From an uncultured Candidatus Saccharibacteria bacterium (GTDB lineage Bacteria > Patescibacteriota > Minisyncoccia > Phycocordibacterales > DATDWN01): DNA of 23,778 bases. The position numbers and the translations under genes were made by a program. The DNA lies in NCBI GenBank assembly GCA_964366395.1, contig CAYITW010000004.1, positions 1-23,778 of the forward strand, written 5' to 3'. Under the pieces are notes generated by a model. It was not told the DNA's origin. It did not search any database and saw only the letters and a list, made by a program, of their open reading frames with translations. Below are positions 21,247-23,778 of the stretch, piece after piece (position 1 is the first letter of the stretch; each line of letters begins with the position of its first letter).

Positions 21247-23778
21247 TTATGATACGCCTTATACTGCTTCAGAGCCTTTTTCAAATATTTCCCCGTATAA
21301 CTTTTTTCATTATTTGCTACTTGCTCTGGTGTTCCCTTCGCCACAAGCTGACCTCCACCATCTCCTCCTTCTGGACCAATGTCTAAAACATAGTCCACTG
21401 ACTTTATAATATCCATATTGTGTTCTATGACAAGAACAGTGTTTCCTTTACTTACAAGTTTTTGTAGAATTTCAATAAGTTTTTTAACATCTTCGTAGTG
21501 AAGACCGATGGTCGGCTCGTCCAGAAGGTAAATTGTTTTCTGGAGGTGTGGTCGGTAAAGCTCTGAAGAAATTTTTACACGCTGTGCTTCTCCACCAGAA
21601 AGAGTTGTGGCAGACTGACCAAGCTCCAAGTAGCCAAGGCCCACATCATCCATTGATTTCAGTCTGTCAGAAATAGCTGGGATATCCTCAAAAAACTTCA
21701 GTGCCTCTTCCACTGTCATTTTCAAAACTTCGTAAATATTTTTTTTCTTATAATGCACCTCCAAAGTTTCTTTCATAAATCTTTTACCTTTACAGACGTC
21801 GCAAGGCACATACACAGTAGGTAGAAAGTGCATTTCCACTTCTATCATTCCGTTACCTTGGCAAGTCTCGCAACGTCCACCTTTGACGTTGAATGAAAAT
21901 CTGTTGGCTTTCCAACCTCTTGCGCGAGCTTCAGACGTCTCTGCAAACAAGTCACGAATAAATGTCCAAGCCCCAGTATATGTAGCTGGGTTTGAACGAG
22001 GTGTTCGTCCTATTGGCGACTGGTCTATGAGTATTGCTCGACCCAAGTATTCTGTACCTGTAAAAGATTTGCAGTTGTAAATCTCAGCTGACCTGTACTT
22101 TCGCTCAAACCGTGCCTGTAAGTTTCTGTGTAAAATCTCATAAACAAAAGAAGATTTACCAGAACCAGAAACACCAGTCACGGCAATAAACCGGCCGAGT
22201 GGAATATCCACATTCATATTTTTAATATTAAATATTTTCCCACCTCGAATTTGGATTTCCCCTCTCGGCTCTTCCCTACGCTCTTCTGGTACTTCTAAAA
22301 CTTTGTCACCGCGGAGATAGTCCAGAGTTACAGAGCCGGAAGTATTTTTCTTTGCAGTAATCAGGTCATCCAAATAGTCAGCTACAACTACATGCCCACC
22401 ATGGACACCCGCCCCTGGACCAATATCCACAATATAGTCAGAAGCAAAGATCGTATCCTCATCGTGCTCTACCACTATAATAGTGTTACCGAGGTCGCGC
22501 AGATTTAAAAGAGTTTTGATAAGCCTATCATTGTCCCGACTATGTAAACCGATTGTTGGTTCATCTAGAACATACAAAGCTCCCACAAGTCCTGAGCCAA
22601 GCTGTGACGCAAGTCTGATTCTCTGTGCTTCTCCGCCTGAAAGAGTGTGGGCTCTACGGCTTAATGATAGATACTCAATACCGACATTTATCATAAAAAG
22701 GAGTCTAGCTTCAATTTCTTTTACAACCACTTTTGAAATATTTTTTTCTCGCTCGGACAGCTTCAGGTTCATCATAAAATCATAAGCATCTTTAATAGAC
22801 ATTGCTGTGACCTCAACAATATTTTTTTTGCCTATCATTACATGCAAGGCTTCTTCGCGAAGTCTCGCACCCTTACACTTCGGACATGCTTCCTTACCAA
22901 AAAAGTGTCGAGTTCCCAAGCCATTACACTCTGGACAGGCACCATATGGAGAATTGAAGGAGAAAAGTCTCGGTTCTACTTCTGGATATGAGTAGCCATC
23001 CTTTGGACAGGAAAGTTTACTTGACATAAACATTTCTTCTGGAATATAGTCCTTATTTTTTTCCTGGGCCATGTCTCGGAAAATAATCTTAACTTGTCCA
23101 TCTGATTCATGCAGAGCCTTTTCCAAGTCCTCGGAGAGTCGCTCCTCAGCACTTTTTTTGTCGCTACCAAAATCAAGCAAAGAAATACTATCTACAAGCA
23201 CATCTATACTGTGTCGTTTTGTTTTTGAAAGTTCGATTCTATCTCTAAGAGATTTTTTAGCCCCATCTACTAAAATATGCGAATACCCTTTACCCAAAAG
23301 ATCGTAGAGCAGCTGATAATACTCTCCTTTTCTACCCTTCACAACGGGTGCATAAATTTCTAAATAAACTGGTAGTGGAATCTTGGATTTGGTAGGTGTA
23401 TGAGATTTTATTTTCTCCAGCACAAAATTCTTTATCTCTTCGTTGGAAAGTTTGTTTATCTCGTCTCCACAAACAAGGCAGTGTGGATGGCCGATACGGG
23501 AATACATAATACGAAGATAATCGTAAATCTCTGTGATAGTTGCCACAGTAGAGCGTGGGTTGTTGGAACGTGATTTCTGGTCAATTGAAATTGCTGGTGA
23601 AAGACCGACAATCTCATCCACATCTGGTTTTTGCATTTGACGGAGGAACTGACGAGCATACGAAGAAAGTGATTCTACATATCTTCTTTGACCTTCTGCA
23701 AAAATAGTATCAAAAGCTAGAGAAGATTTACCAGAACCAGAAAGGCCCGTAAAAACCACCATCTTGTTTCGTGGCATT
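21243..23778 (-). CDS. uvrA: excinuclease ABC subunit A, 5'-truncated by window end (first ~20 aa outside window)
   Basis: ORF track. ...VFTGLSGSGKSSLAFDTIFAEGQRRYVESLSSYARQF corresponds to UvrA residues about 25-65. Two ABC ATPase modules and zinc-finger CxxC pairs. The apparent ATG at the window edge corresponds to an internal Ile of UvrA. Confidence 0.9.
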   Translation of the reverse strand, partial: MPRNKMVVFTGLSGSGKSSLAFDTIFAEGQRRYVESLSSYARQFLRQMQKPDVDEIVGLSPAISIDQKSRSNNPRSTVATITEIYDYLRIMYSRIGHPHCLVCGDEINKLSNEEIKNFVLEKIKSHTPTKSKIPLPVYLEIYAPVVKGRKGEYYQLLYDLLGKGYSHILVDGAKKSLRDRIELSKTKRHSIDVLVDSISLLDFGSDKKSAEERLSEDLEKALHESDGQVKIIFRDMAQEKNKDYIPEEMFMSSKLSCPKDGYSYPEVEPRLFSFNSPYGACPECNGLGTRHFFGKEACPKCKGARLREEALHVMIGKKNIVEVTAMSIKDAYDFMMNLKLSEREKNISKVVVKEIEARLLFMINVGIEYLSLSRRAHTLSGGEAQRIRLASQLGSGLVGALYVLDEPTIGLHSRDNDRLIKTLLNLRDLGNTIIVVEHDEDTIFASDYIVDIGPGAGVHGGHVVVADYLDDLITAKKNTSGSVTLDYLRGDKVLEVPEERREEPRGEIQIRGGKIFNIKNMNVDIPLGRFIAVTGVSGSGKSSFVYEILHRNLQARFERKYRSAEIYNCKSFTGTEYLGRAILIDQSPIGRTPRSNPATYTGAWTFIRDLFAETSEARARGWKANRFSFNVKGGRCETCQGNGMIEVEMHFLPTVYVPCDVCKGKRFMKETLEVHYKKKNIYEVLKMTVEEALKFFEDIPAISDRLKSMDDVGLGYLELGQSATTLSGGEAQRVKISSELYRPHLQKTIYLLDEPTIGLHYEDVKKLIEILQKLVSKGNTVLVIEHNMDIIKSVDYVLDIGPEGGDGGGQLVAKGTPEQVANNEKSYTGKYLKKALKQYKAYHK

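Noticed and set aside
23775-23777. Apparent ATG start codon of uvrA at the window edge
   Set aside because: Alignment to the UvrA N-terminus (…IPRDKLIVVTGLSGSGKSS) shows this Met occupies an internal Ile position. The true start lies beyond the window.
1-23778. CRISPR arrays, transposases, integrases, prophage genes
   Set aside because: No array of spacers interleaved with an identical repeat. No DDE/HUH transposase or tyrosine/serine recombinase motifs. No terminal inverted repeats flanking any gene. The palindromes near 16.5 kb are three different sequences, not a CRISPR repeat.

Overview
The window is dominated by minus-strand genes from a low-GC bacterial chromosome. The genes look about 35-42% GC by eye, and ribosome-binding sites are strong GGAGG-type.

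Housekeeping genes recognised:
- ychF (partial)
- a CheY-like response regulator and a PAS sensor histidine kinase
- a flavodoxin-like NAD(P)H quinone reductase
- mltG
- a SurA-N-type chaperone
- tRNA-Ala(UGC)
- two tandem PlsC-like acyltransferases
- ddl, a short uvrC and uvrA (partial)

A block at about 2.9-10.6 kb is visibly GC-richer, roughly 50-57% by eye. It carries:
- a full-length homolog of the eukaryotic Major Vault Protein (855 aa: MVP repeats, shoulder, cap-helix, cap-ring). It is a stand-alone transcription unit with its own sigma70-like promoter, a GGGAG ribosome-binding site and an intrinsic terminator.
- directly upstream, an NfeD - flotillin (SPFH) - beta-carbonic-anhydrase-like operon, with promoter and terminator identified.
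- a small Cys-containing ORF.
- a LysM protein with a beta-rich C-terminal domain.

Because the MVP shoulder domain is itself an SPFH-like fold, this is a cluster of two cage-forming SPFH-superfamily proteins plus NfeD. It is the most notable candidate system in the window.

Other points of interest:
- a structured, pseudo-twofold GC-rich leader with promoter and terminator upstream of ddl (riboswitch-like, possibly ydaO/c-di-AMP class)
- a GC-rich structured element at 12.64-12.88 kb bracketed by two bidirectional terminators
- a palindrome-rich region downstream of tRNA-Ala next to an acyltransferase pair of elevated GC
- a GC-rich Cys-rich small protein
- a secreted Ser/Thr-rich repeat protein with a CFIATATYG C-terminal motif

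Several rho-independent terminators and promoters were mapped by eye. No CRISPR array, transposase or integrase was seen. Several ORF-track starts are TTG/GTG extensions, and likely ATG starts are noted for each.
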